A DNA stretch of 59,116 nt, filler included, from Squatina squatina (GCA_031763465.1; 4 parts of 4 records of this genome joined end to end with filler, not necessarily neighbours in it), one strand, 5' to 3'. Shown: positions 24,653 through 37,166, counted from the whole stretch's first letter. A program made the numbers and translations. The notes: generated from the sequence alone by a model not told the origin.

Positions 24653-25687
24653 NNNNNNNNNNNNNNNNNNNNNNNNNNNNNNNNNNNNNNNNNNNNNNNN
24701 NNNNNNNNNNNNNNNNNNNNNNNNNNNNNNNNNNNNNNNNNNNNNNNNNNNNAATCCTGCAGTTGGTATCAGAAAAACACCCTCTTGCAGAAACATCATA
24801 CACCAATTCCCTTTTTTTGCAACTGCATACTTTAACAAATGTAGCCACAACTTAATCCATTTCATATCGCCATAGTTACATAATTAGCAATACAATTCAA
24901 TTAGTAGTAGAATCCATTTAAAATGCATTTAGTTTAACATAGATATCACACTTTACTGCATGAAACCCTGTACATTAAGTAACAAACACCAATCTAAGCC
25001 AAACGTAACCGATTGCTTTAAAAACCTACAGAATGGCTTTCAACTGTTCTGCAATTAGTGCAACAATATTCACTTCCTTTTGACAGAATAAAGACACCTC
25101 ATAGCACACCCAATCTTGAAACAAACTCAACAAGCCCATATTCAGCCTTTCACAGTAGGTATTCAAGTCAAATCTATCATGAAGACAGTGGCACAAAAAC
25201 AAATTCCATTTCAGTGTGTAATTAAAATATAACCAGCAGCATAAAAAAAAGATAGATTTATCACTGACTATTGTACATTTGCCTCTTTTGATGAGTTAGG
25301 AAAAGCAAAGATTTATTGCGTGTACAACTGAATGGAAAAAAGGCACCATGAAACCAATTCATTTTCATCTGTCACCATGAATCCAAAATGACTACTCTAG
25401 CCATAGATTTCATGTTGTATGGTAGTTTGCTGTGAACAGGCTGAAAATGCAGCTTTACACTGCTTTAACCGGTTACACAACAGTCTGTAGTGGTAACGAA
25501 CATTCAATTATTGGCCTCAATTGCCTTTGATCCATTATAAAGCAGTGCAGCAGGTAAGCTGCACTGCTCATCAACTTATGTAACAACATATCACTTCAAA
25601 GTACAATTAGGATTAATCTCTTCACATCCTTTCATTCTTCCCTGTGTTTCGTATCAGGTCTTACTGTTTCACAGTTGATCAACTCAC

Positions 25688-25872
25688 CGATTTAGTTGAT
25701 TCCAAGGACCCAGATGATATAGTGTCCCTGCTGCCCCGACTTTTGGAGCTGAGCTGAGGTGACGAGGAAGGTGAGTCATCTATGTAGGGCATGGTATCCT
25801 GGTTCCGTCTTTGTTCTTCAACCCGATCTGCATCATAGGAATAGGTTGGCGGTGTGTTGCTGTAGAGTGTAT
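25688..25872 (-). CDS. BCR: BCR exon 2, 185 nt
   Basis: TTCTCTAG | (D)TLYSNTPPTYSYDADRVEEQRRNQDTMPYIDDSPSSSPQLSSKSRGSRDTISSGSLESTKS | GTGAGT. The PYIDDSPSSSP motif supports BCR rather than ABR. Confidence 0.93.
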
Positions 25873-26559
25873 CTAGAGAATTGGGAAGTACAAAACAGGT
25901 AAACATCACTGCAGTGGGACATCAGATGACTGATTCACAGTGCATGCTGGGCTCATACCAAACACAGTATAAATGCCGTAGAGCAGATTGCTCCCCTTAA
26001 ATCTGCAGTATTCATGTACTCCACTTATATTGTGCTTCTTGGCCATGGAATTTAAAGGCAACATCTGAATTATGTGAAGTTATCGGTCAGAATGTTTCCT
26101 GAAATGTTTTGAAGATTAGTTTTGTTTGTCTGAACACCCATTAATAATATTTCATTTCTTTCCTTTCAATGGGTATTTTAATGGTAGCATCAGATTTTTG
26201 GAGCTTAGCAGATTCTGATAAACACAAAAACTCAGCACACCACTTCTTATGATCATGTGATATAATACAGACCAAGAGCTAAACTCAGAGTTTATAAGTC
26301 TCCCAAACCCTGCTGAGCTACTTTTCTTTAAAACCAAGTGTTATCCCCCTTACTTGTGAGCATTCCCATTGAAAAGTATCCATTCCATTAGTAGCCCTAA
26401 GTTTATCTCAACCATGCTGACCCCTACCATTGTGATGGATGAATGGTGGCATTTTTAGTTAAATTCCACACCAGTTTACAATAAGCTAAATACACAAAAA
26501 GGAAACAGTATAAAAACTCAATAATTAAAATGATCTGCCATTACGAATAAGGATGGACC

Positions 26560-26860
26560 TAATCATAACAGAGTTCAAAACTAGGGGCCATAAGTGTAAG
26601 ATCATCACTAATAAATCCAAAAGGGGATTCAGAACAAACTTCTTTGCCCAAAGAGTGGTTAGAATGTAGAGTCTACCACATGGAGTGGTTGGGGCAAATA
26701 GCATAGGTGCATTTAAGGGTAAGCTAGGTCAGCACATGGGGAAGGAAGGTACAGAAGAACATGCAAATAGGGCTCGATGAAGTAAGATGGGAAGAGGCAT
26801 AAATATCGACGTCGACCTGTTGGGCCGAATGGCCTGTTTCTGTGCTGTAAGTAGTATGTA
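26560..26860 (+). mobile_element. CR1 LINE 3' end
   Basis: AACTAGGGGCCATAAG...TTCTTTGCCCAAAGAGTGGTTAGAATG...GACCTGTTGGGCCGAATGGCCTGTTTCTGTGCTGTAA is a typical CR1 3' terminus. Confidence 0.75.
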
Positions 26861-27554
26861 TATATTTGATCAAGCTATATTGAATAACTCAACTAAGAAC
26901 AGCATTAATTATTCAGTTTTTAATCAATGATTTTGCACAATTTCAGTTGAAGAAAGAAGTTACAGACACTTTAAACGGGCTCTATTTTCCGAAATATTAC
27001 CACAAGCTGTTCAACTAATAGTGAGCAGAAAATGCTGGAAATGCACAGCAAGTTATTCAGTACCAGATTCAGTATCTGTGTTTGTTATCTGTATAATTCT
27101 ACTGTGCATTTCCAGTGTTTTCTATTTAATTTCATATTTCCACCATTCATAAAGCCTTTTTATTTGCAATATTCTGAACTTGTTCTGAACTGTGTGGTGT
27201 TTGAATTTTTTTAATGTCCTTATTCATAATAGGCAGCGCTCAACAAATAAACAAGATCCTTAGAGAGTCTACATACTCACCATAACATTTAAATATCAGA
27301 CATTATTCAATTTAATCATTAGTGTCTCATGCGGATTTCAAGACAGGCAATTTCTCAGATAAAATCAACATAATTATCTACAAATACCAAATGCTTTATA
27401 TTGTACTTCATTTCTCCCAATACGTTTTTTTTCTTACCTCTGTTGGATCATGCCNNNNNNNNNNNNNNNNNNNNNNNNNNNNNNNNNNNNNNNNNNNNNN
27501 NNNNNNNNNNNNNNNNNNNNNNNNNNNNNNNNNNNNNNNNNNNNNNNNNNNNNN

Positions 27555-27612
27555 TCTGTTTTTCTCTCCACAGATGCTGCCTGACCTGCTGAGTTTTTCC
27601 AGCATTTTTTGT
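27555..27612 (+). mobile_element. Penelope-type terminal repeat fragment
   Basis: TCTCCACAGATGCTGCCTGACCTGCTGAGTTTTTCCAGCATTTT is the reverse complement of the copies at 32675-32751 and 38885-39130. Confidence 0.6.
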
Positions 27613-27619
27613 TTGTGGT

Positions 27620-28805
27620 TCAGAAGGTTGTAAGTTCAAGACCCACTCCTGAGACTTGGACACATAGGGGCCGAAATTGCCTGGCGCCACGTTTAAGATG
27701 CGTACGGGGCGGGAGCCGGTATTTAGCTCGCCGACGCCAGCCCCGTCCCGGGCCTCCCGGAATTCGTTGCTCCAGGGCGCCTGCGGGACGCAGAGTGCTC
27801 CCTGCTGCTCCTGGGGCAGCCTGGTTCGGACGACAGTGGCGTGGGTTCAGGGCCACACCACCGGCCTTGGAAACGCCGTGTCAGCACGTTGCGCGCTGAC
27901 GTCAGCAGGACAGCCGGGCCTGCCTTAAAGGAAAGGCCACTGGCCATCCTGAACGTGCTACCCTTGGCCACCAGGGCCACCGGTGACTGGGCCACCAGCC
28001 TGGCATGCCAGTCGGCGTGGGCGATGGTGGCGAGGCGATGGTGGCTCGATCCGGCCGAGGGGCCGCCAGTTATTGGCCAACCACGAAGTCGGTCGATAAA
28101 TAGAAATGGTGGCCGGAGGCGCAGACGCCCTCACCTTTAAGTGGCCCGTTGCAGCAACAGGTTTTCCTCTCCCTGAAATTGCCCCGCGAGTGGATTTCAC
28201 GGGACGCAAACAGGGCGGCGAGGGTGTTGCGGCTGTGCTGTGCAGGTCGGCGGGCATTTTGATGATGTCACATGCCAACCCACTGCGAAATTCAGCTGGG
28301 CAGGCACAAAGGCCCTTGCGCTCCAGCTGAAATTTGTGGGAGGCGAGATGGCCACCTCCTGACGCCTTTTTATTTTAACGTCCCATTAGTGCCCCTCAGA
28401 GGCGCTAATGGGATGCTAAAGGAGGTCAATTTCGGCCCCATAATCTAGGCTGACACTTCTGTACAGTACTGAGAGAGTGCTGCATGGTCGGAGATGCCGT
28501 CTTTTGGATGATACATTTAAAGAAGGCTCTGTCTGCTCTCTCAGGTGAACGTAAAACATCCCGTGGCACTATTTGAAGAAGAGCAGAGGAGTTCTTCTGG
28601 TGCCCTGCCCAAATAGTATCATTAAAACAGATTATCTGGTCATTTTCACATTGCTGTTTGTGGGAGCTTGCTGTGCGCAAATTGGCTGGCATGTTTAATA
28701 GATTACAACTGTGACTACACATTAAAAGTACTTCATTGACTGTAAAGCACTTTGGGGTGTCCTGAGTTTGTGAAACACACTACATAAATGCAAGTGTTTC
28801 TTTTT
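27620..28805 (+). mobile_element. SacSINE1-like SINE split by a MITE insertion
   Basis: The head with its B-box (27620-27666) resumes seamlessly at 28443 (ATCTAGGCTGACAC...CAGTACTGAGAGAGTGCTGCA) and runs through to the tail ...ATAAATGCAAGT. Confidence 0.85.
27667..28439. mobile_element. Complete 773-bp non-autonomous DNA transposon (PIF/Harbinger-type MITE)
   Basis: Perfect 13-bp TIRs GGGGCCGAAATTG (27667-27679) and CAATTTCGGCCCC (28427-28439). 3-bp TSD ATA at 27664-27666 and 28440-28442. GC- and CpG-rich interior. Confidence 0.88.
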
Positions 28806-29680
28806 ATGTAATTGTTAACCTCCTGAAACACTCTCAGACATAAACCATTAGGCCGCAGGTTTAGGAACAACTTCACACTATGGGTGAAAAATTTGGCTCT
28901 GCAGTGCTGATTGTTTACTGCTACGGGTGCTGACTTGTGACAAAAATGGTGTCCGTGCCACACACGCACACCTCTGGTGCGTGCCGCGCCAGATGTTACC
29001 TTAGTGGTGGCATTAGCATTGGCGCTCGGAGCGTGTGCCAGAAGCATGTACAGTAGGCAGATTGTGACGTCAATCAGATTTGAGACCAGCACTGCCATTT
29101 CTGCCCTCCACGCTGGATCTAACACCCTGTCATAACCTCGCACAGCGGAACATGTGTTCAGCAGCAACAAGGAACCGCTACCAGCAATATTTAAAGGGAT
29201 CAACAACCATTCTAAGGTTAGTTTTGACTGGCTCTGTGTAAATTTCTGGGCATGTTTGAAGCATTCTAGAGTTGTTTAAAGTTTGTGAGGTGATAGGAAG
29301 TGGTGCTACAAGTGATCTGCACAGAGTGTCTTAAACAGAATGCACGTAACCAGAGTGTTTTATTTGGGAATTTGGAAAGTGCGGTTATTCAGAGAACAGG
29401 GGGAGGGACTGAATTGGAGGAGCTATCAGCAGCAGCGGAACCTTCGATGATTTCCAAAAAAAACACGGGCAGCAGGTAGGTGATTGGCTGCTGAGTATTA
29501 AAGTTTTTTCTCTCTCTTCTGTCACTAGTCTAGGACTGTGGTTTAAACTAGTTGCGGCAAACTATAAAGTACTGTATTAAACTTATAGCTTAACTAGTTA
29601 AACTAATTAATATAACCAGAAATAATCATTCAATAAAGGCTTTAACTAATTAAATAAATAAAACAAGTTTGGACTAAGAT

Positions 29681-30239
29681 ATGGCAGAGCAGATTGTGCG
29701 TCTGGACTGCAGTATGTGGGAGTTTGTGGACATCAAGACTGTCCCAAGCAAACACATCTGCAGGAGATGCCTCCATTTCGAATCTCTCCAGCTCAGTCAT
29801 TGAGCTGGAGTGCGAGTTGGAGACACTCCGGCACATAAGGAAGGGGGAGGAATTTCTGGACAGTTTTAACCAGAATACAGTCACATCTCAGAGGAAAGCA
29901 CAGGTTCAGGAAAAGGAGGGTGTGACTGTTAGGGAGCAGGGTAATGGGGATTTAAAAGAGGTTGAGAAGGAGGTCCCGCCGACACTGGTCCTGTCCAACA
30001 GGTACGATATATTCGCTACCTGTGAGGACAAGGAGAAAGACGGCAGGGAGGACGACCACAATGCAGACCAAGGCACCCTGGCTCAGAAGGCTGTTCAAGG
30101 ACAGGGGGGTGATGGAGAGCAGAATAGAAATGTGGTAGTGATAGGGGATTCTATCATTAGCGGGATAGATAGCGTCCTCTGCAGCCAAGAAGAATGCCGA
30201 AGGGTGTGTTGCCAGGGTAAGGGATATCTCACAGTGGCT
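29681..30239 (+). mobile_element. CR1 LINE ORF1 remnant (zinc-finger/coiled-coil plus SGNH esterase), frameshifted
   Basis: ATG at 29681 gives MAEQIVRLDCSMWEF...HICRRCLHFESLQL. After a frameshift it continues VIELECELETLRHIR...LVLSNRYDIF...RNVVVIGDSIISGID (GDS esterase motif) and is cut by the spacer. Confidence 0.8.
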
Positions 30240-30339
30240 NNNNNNNNNNNNNNNNNNNNNNNNNNNNNNNNNNNNNNNNNNNNTTAATTAATTAANNNNN
30301 NNNNNNNNNNNNNNNNNNNNNNNNNNNNNNNNNNNNNNN
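30240..30339. other. Artificial scaffold-joining spacer
   Basis: 44 N + TTAATTAATTAA (30284-30295) + 44 N. Confidence 0.97.
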
Positions 30340-31059
30340 ACACCTTTTTTGTCAAAGGACAATGTTGGACATAGTGGAGATACAAAAAAAAAGCTGTCCA
30401 TTGAAACATAAGAAAAGGATAAAACTATCATCCAGATGGATTAAACCACAATAGACCCGTTTCCACAGGCCACTTCATGTACTATATATTTTATAGCATT
30501 GTGATATCTCTCAGCAAATCCACAGCACTTCCTAGCAGCAGTTCTTGTCCCTATGATCCAGAAGATATATTTTTATTGACTATCTGCCTTTCAAAGAAAT
30601 CCCCGACTCAAGGATTAACAATTACTTACAGTAATTGTTACAGGATTTACTGTAACTTTGAGCTACAATACCATTCTCTTGGAAATGGCAGAAAATGAAA
30701 CCTGCATCAGAAGGAGCAGACTTGGCCTCCCAACCAAACAGCTTGAGCTTGAACATGACTTGCATTATTGCGAAGGTGTTTGCATCGCTTCGTTAGGATG
30801 CTGATGGGAGGGGAAAGAAATAAGACCAGTTCCATTGCTTTCCGCCATTATTAAATTACAAAACAACATTGGTGGCAGCCTCAAAGAAGGATATGGTCCA
30901 GCTTCTCTCACCCACCTGGTTGAAAGAAGCAATGAGCTGGGAGAACACACAGTTGAGGGTAGATGAGAGAGGGGGCACAAGCCAATCCAAAGGCCAGGAT
31001 GAAAATCAAGGAAGATGCATTGCCACTGTAATGTCACTGAATCTTAACTACTTCCACAG

Positions 31060-31157
31060 ATGAAGTACAGAGACAGGGCAGCAGAAAGGAGAGAGAAGTA
31101 TGGAATCCCGGAGCCTCCAGAGCCCAAGAGGAAGAGGTTTAATAATGCTGCCGTAAT
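31060..31157 (+). CDS. RBM5/RBM10-family exon just upstream of the G-patch domain, 98 nt
   Basis: CTTCCACAG | [32 protein letters not shown]+AT | GTAAGT. The motif is shared by RBM5 and RBM10. Confidence 0.92.
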
Positions 31158-32194
31158 GTAAGTGCAGTCAGTGTTATCAATTGTCTTAAACTAGGTAACT
31201 AATTATAGCAGATCCTGATCAAAGCTAGAAACAAACTTGTGATCTGAGTCTGAGCTATATTTCCCCAATTCTAAGTCCTCAATTAGCCTTTTAGCAGTTA
31301 CTATCTTTCAGAACATTTTCTGACAATGGGATTTTAGTTCTAAATTGATGTCCGTTCCTCTTTGTGAACTGAACTCTTTCCAGCTTTGTCATGCATTAAA
31401 GGCATCTAATGTATTAAAATATCAAAGCAAGCCTGTCATTTGAATGTACTCATGTGGCTGAGTAATGAATAAAAAATGCAGTAGGGCAGAATTGAATAGA
31501 AAGCTGCAAGCAATCAACACTTAAATCTGAGAATTGTATCAGAAGTGAAACCCATGTGGATGTGCTGTCCACTCCTGATAATTCAGTTACTTAATTAGAA
31601 CTACTGGATCATTTGGATTTGGATTTTTTTTTTTAAAGCCTTTTTTGTTCCAGATGTTTAATTTGAATTACTGGGTAATTTACATTTTTAAAGCAAAAAC
31701 CCACTTCAAATTAACATAACCAGGCTGCCGTAGCAACAAATGCATTTGTGTGGAATTTTTTGGTCTTCTGTTTTACTGAAAGCAGTCTTTACATGGTCAT
31801 TTTATTTTAAAAGAGCGAATGCTTTTGATGGAATATCAAACCCAAGATTTTCATATAAATGTTTCAACGGGTTTATTGCTAAAATTAGGCAGCATAGTTT
31901 CCTGTAGCCTTCAACTGTGGAACATTTCTTTGTAAGAAAATGTAATCTGAATATTGCTGTAGATGTAAAGCAATATGCTAATGAGAACTAAGCAACACAG
32001 GGTGTAATTTTTGGGAATCACTTAATGCCCAGTAAACATCTGTTATTAAATTGCTAAACATGGGACCATAGTACGTGCAAAGTAGAGAACCAAAAAGATT
32101 CTGCTCGCGATAAGACCGGACACAAAGCGAATACCTCTCAATGACCCACTCTCTTAGACATTGGTTGTCTCTGCTACTGCTACTATTATGAATA

Positions 32195-32292
32195 CAACAA
32201 CAGAAGATGCTGGACACACTCAGCACGTCAGTCAGTATCTGTGTAGAGAAGAATCAGTTAATTTTTCAATTATAGACTCTTCATCAGAACAT
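32195..32292 (-). mobile_element. Degenerate Penelope-type terminal repeat with hammerhead-like core
   Basis: Diverged copy of the 38885-39130 repeat. Minus strand reads GTT CTGATGA AGAGTCTATAATT GAAAAATT AAC. Confidence 0.5.
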
Positions 32293-32435
32293 ATTAGAAG
32301 TGGCACAGCATATCCTACCATGCACAGCTTTACTATCGTAGCATGTCATTGCAAAGTTGGAGGGAGAAGAAAATCACAACAAATAAAATGATAACCTAGG
32401 TATTTGATATTTTATGTGAAGGTGCGAAACTCTAA

Positions 32436-33420
32436 GGGGTCGAAATTCCTTCGCAGCGCGACATGAAATTCTTTTGACCTTTTAGCACCCAGCGTGCTAA
32501 ATTTTGCAACATTGAATTCGCCACATTAAAAAAAATCAGCCAAGGGGCTGTCAGAGGCACTAATGGCCTCACTGGGGTGTCAGAGGGGCGCAATTAATGA
32601 ACCTGTAGCCAATTTCACCTGATCTTCATTGCCTGACAATTAGGTTGCAGTCCATTGGACTCCTTAAAGGTGACAAAAACTGAAAATGCTGGAAATACTC
32701 AGCAGGTCAGGCAGCATCTGTGGAGAGAAAAACAAAGTCAACATTTCAGGTNNNNNNNNNNNNNNNNNNNNNNNNNNNNNNNNNNNNNNNNNNNNNNNNN
32801 NNNNNNNNNNNNNNNNNNNNNNNNNNNNNNNNNNNNNNNNNNNNNNNNNNNCTCCCCTCCTCAGCTGGGCCTTCTACGTCAGGAGATGAAGGCATATCTG
32901 AAAGACATAATGGCATAAAAGCTACATAAAGGTACGACCCAATGGCAGATCTCAGACCTGAACCCTCCAGACTACCAGAGCAAAGACCTTCATAGCAACA
33001 AGACAAGCAGGAATAGTCAACGGTAAGTAATTGCCATTTCACTCACCCTCATCTTCATGGGGTAGCATCACACCCCACCTTGCAACAGGCTGGCCAGTGT
33101 CATTATGCAGGGTTCCACTGTGAGCACATCTTCCAGATGCTCATTTCTTTGACACATTACAAATCACACACTTACACATGAGGCGGCCATTGATGAAACA
33201 CTCAGGCTCACCTTCACTATGCGTGTGAGGTCATTAAATTTTTTGCAGCATTGAGTGCCCGTCCTCTCAGCAACGTCTGAGGCCGACACCTCAGTGGCAA
33301 TCTCTCTCCACATTCGCCTGACCATTCTGGCAGTGCCCCTGCTGCCTCTCCGGCCTCTTCTCAACCGCAGCAGAACATGCCACTTCTTCACAAGAACTGC
33401 TTTTGCACTTCTAACACTTT
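32436..33420 (-). mobile_element. Harbinger transposon remnant with a Myb/SANT-like coding segment
   Basis: TAA followed by TIR-like GGGGTCGAAATT at 32436. ORF 33164-33391 reads WREIATEVSASDVAERTGTQCCKKFNDLTRIVK, followed by a GTGAGC donor, which is the Harbinger Myb/SANT signature. Continuity across the 32752-32851 gap is assumed. Confidence 0.65.
32675..32751 (-). mobile_element. Penelope-type terminal repeat fragment running into a gap
   Basis: AAAATGCTGGAAATACTCAGCAGGTCAGGCAGCATCTGTGGAGAGAAAAACAAAGTCAACATTTCAGGT. Confidence 0.6.
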
Positions 33421-36400
33421 GGAGCTAGAATACCAACCATACCCTCGTCCTCTGTAGAGGTTTTTGAATATAGTACAGTTGTTGTTAAAGGTGTAGATGA
33501 AGGCAGCAGATTTAATGTAATCCGCAACAAACATCTAACAGTCTCTGATTTGTTTGGTTTATGAAGGTGCCCCTTTCCTTTTAGCTTCTGTTAAATTGTA
33601 GATGAAAAGGAAGGGTGATGTCATTTTAATGAATGTCATGCACAAAAAGCTGTATTCATTGATATTTAGCTTTTGTTTTGATGTTTGGTGTTTTCAGTGC
33701 TGATGTATAATGCTTGGGTTAGCATGATTGAAGCAATGAATCACTTGGTGCTCTTGAACACGGCAAAATAGGTCTCCAATAATAAACAACCCTCATTTGA
33801 TTAATACAATATGAATATTCAGAAAAACTGATGCCCTAAAATTGTTTGTATTTACATAATATCCTTGAGCTCAAATGCAGCACTATGGTATGGAATGGCT
33901 CTCATCACTGCTTGTAACTAGTTTGTGATAACAGCGGGCAACAGGACAGGAGACAGCAAGGCACTAATGGACACTACATGACCACCTTCACCAGCTCACT
34001 TAAATAATGAGATTGTTGTTTTTCTCCTTTTCTCTCCTGACCTTGCAGGAAAACAAGTTCTGTCAGCTTGCCCAAGTAACCATTCTCTAATAGTACAGAG
34101 GTAGTATTGTCTTGCGCTATAGTTAGATATGAATTAAAAGCATTAACCTCATCATTTCTTAATTGTAGTATTTTCTATGGGTAGAATTCTCTGTATCCCA
34201 CGGAACTACTGAACAAATAAATTACCCCATTCCTGAAACATGTGTTGGTGCAACTGCAGGCGCAGCCATGGCAAGGAACTAATAAATCAAGACACCCCTC
34301 CCGCAAGCAGTGGTGCAACTGTTGTGTGAAATGGCTTCACAAGAACATGTCTCTGTGTGTAAACAGTTGAAAGTTCAATAAAGAGAAAAAGTGTTACCTT
34401 CTTCAACAATAAGGCAGGCACTCATTGTCAGTCTAACAGCTGAAGTGCTGCTTTTGACAGCCTGGCCACCATCTGTTAAACTCAACACTTTTGCCAGTGA
34501 CACATTTCTTGAATCTTCCTGAACTGAAGATTCTGCACACACCAGTTATAGATTGCTTCTGATTGAAAGCTGCACCATAGAATCATTCAGTGCTGTCAAC
34601 TAAGCAGCAAATGACTGCACTCAGCAGTCCATGATTTTCAGATCACTAATATCTGTGTAAAAGTTTATAATCTACACACTGGATCTTTTTGTTTGGGTTT
34701 TAAACAGTGCTTCCCTTTTTCACTCCACATACAGATTCCTATCTCATCGCCATGAGACATTGAATTAGTTCCTCTGCATTTCCTTGTCCTCGTGCGAATT
34801 AACATTTTACCTGCTTTATTGGCATTTTCAAATGTATGAGAAAGCATTTAAAAATAGAAATAAAAATAGATAGATTCCAGATGCACTGTGCCATTGGTTA
34901 TCTTCCTAATTGCAACTCATTCAGAAATACTAAGTGTAAGACTTAGGAGCTCAAAGGATCCTGTCAACTTTGAAGGCAGTGGTGCTGTAAAGTCAGTGAG
35001 GCATTGGTGCTTCTTCTGGAAGTGTCAAGACCACTTAAATAGATACTTTCCCTTGATATAAGCAGCATTGCAAATGCAGAACTGGCTGCTTTTTTTTTTA
35101 GCAACAGATAAGCTACCCATACAGACAAGTGACCAGTGATGCAACCTTCATATTGCGGGCCTGTACAAATCTCCTGCACCCATCAGGGAACATTCAAACA
35201 TAAAGTAGTGAATTCTGACTTTCAAACAAACAGCTTATGCATGCGAGTTGCTTGTCTGCTACTGTTGATGCTGTGCAGTCTGCCCCACAATATTAATGGG
35301 GCAGATTGCACAACACCAGAAGCTGAGACTATTACAGAGTCACTTTGTTTGAAGCAGTCGTGTCATATAAGCACAACATAAGTTATGCAAAGCCAGACTC
35401 TTGTGTCTCTTTGTATAAACTACTGAAGCTAAAATGAATGAAAGAAAGACTTGCATTTATATAGCACCTTTCACGACCACCGGACGTCTCAAAACGCTTT
35501 ACAGCTAATGAAGCCAATAGCAACAACTTCCATTTATATAGCGCCTTTAATCTATTAAAATCAATCAATGGAATGTCGAAAAGCAGGTTTATAACACCAT
35601 GAGGACTGGCATGAAGTTTTAACTCCACCATTAGACTTGTGAAGGCACTGGAAAAAAATTTCCCTACCTAGAGAGGAAAGAGTGACAATTAATTTTTAAC
35701 CATAGGATCTTGTCCTGAGGTCATTGGTACTGGTGCTATTTCCAGTAAGTTATTTTCTTATATTAGATCATGTCAACATTATTGAAATATTAACCATATA
35801 TAATTCAGGTTAATGTGATCTAGATGTTAGTAATACATTATATATAAGATATGTACATAATGTGTGGTACATATGCACTTGCATATTGAAGTTTCATAAG
35901 TAAAATTACTTTTTTAAAATGTATCTAATGAGATAAGTTGTGTGTCCATTACAACAATGACTACACTTCAAAAAAAGTACTTCAGGCTGTATTGCCTGAA
36001 GTTGTTCTTTTTATAATTCAGTTACTCACGGCCTTTCCCAGCTGAGCCACTAGGGGAGCCCTATCCTTTTTATTTCTTACAAATAAAATGATCCAAGATT
36101 GGGGCGGGGGTGGGAGGAAAATGGAGAAAAGGATATAGATAAATGGAAAATACCCATAAATGGTAATCCATGATTACAAGTAAATGGCTTAATTTGGGAC
36201 CAGTTCTCTGAACGTATCCTGGAAAATTTATTTTTGACTTTCTGCGCTGATACTGTGAAATAATTGTTTAAAAGTAACTGCAATTTCATAAAAGGGAACT
36301 TTTTTACTAAGCATTCTCAAGTTTGTCAAACATCAAGTAGATTTGTCCCTTTTCATTTGTAACAGTTTGTTTCAATACATGTATTCTTGCTAGATGTAAT

Positions 36401-36839
36401 TGAGACTGGATACTTCTGTACAAATTAAAGTTTAGTTGACGAGGAAGGAGACCCAGGATTCTGCTGGTAGTTTTGGTGGATGTTTGATTAAACTTTAATG
36501 CATTTCTGTGATGCAGACACAAAATTATAATCAAAATGTGGTCTGATATAAGCACTGAAACTGAAGTCTTAACCAATGCTAGCTGTTGACTTTTCTACAA
36601 GGCTGCATTCATCAGTTTTGTTCAGGTTGGGGAGCAGTTCTACCTGTCCCACTGAACTGTCTCTGATGGGTGAATGAACCCGGAGCTGTTATTAATTCCA
36701 TAACAGAATGCTGGAAATATGCTGTACCCTCATTTTTGTTTGGTGGGGATGGAGAAATGCATGGAGAACATTTGAACACTCTTCAACCAGTATGATCTCT
36801 ACACAGTTCAGTATTGTAACAATTGATTTTTAATTTCAG

Positions 36840-36965
36840 GCTCAAACGAGGATGAAGGGTGCAGGTTTGGGAGCACGAGGAAGTTCATATGGTGTTACTA
36901 CTTCAGATTCCTACAAAGACGCTGTTAAAAAAGCTATGTTTACAAGATTTAATGAACTGGAGTAA
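36840..36965 (+). CDS. RBM5/RBM10-family terminal coding exon
   Basis: TAATTTCAG | [41 protein letters not shown] with TAA at 36963-36965; the end of the G-patch and the conserved C-terminus. Confidence 0.92.
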   Translation, partial: AQTRMKGAGLGARGSSYGVTTSDSYKDAVKKAMFTRFNELE

Positions 36966-37166
36966 ATTGAGAGTGGTTGTAAATATGTAAATACTTTTTC
37001 CAAATTTTTGCTACTGGGTATGTACTTAAGTAAACAGTGCAATTTGTCTGTAGGAAATGTAATTTTTGATGCTTTGGTTAAATCTTATTTATGTTAAATG
37101 TACAATGTACATTTTGTATTGTCAAGTGTATAATAATGTATCTACTGTTTCCTTTTGCAGAATAAA
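36966..37166 (+). promoter_or_regulatory. 3'UTR with tandem Pumilio elements and a poly(A) signal
   Basis: TGTAAATA twice back-to-back (36978-36993), several further TGTA motifs, and AATAAA at 37161-37166. Confidence 0.6.

Noticed and set aside
21918-24865. His/Ser/Leu/Thr-rich ORFs
   Set aside because: They are translations of the GAGT satellite in several frames.
27609-28330. GC-rich overlapping ORFs or a CpG-island promoter
   Set aside because: They lie inside a TIR- and TSD-bounded MITE and show no recognisable protein motif.
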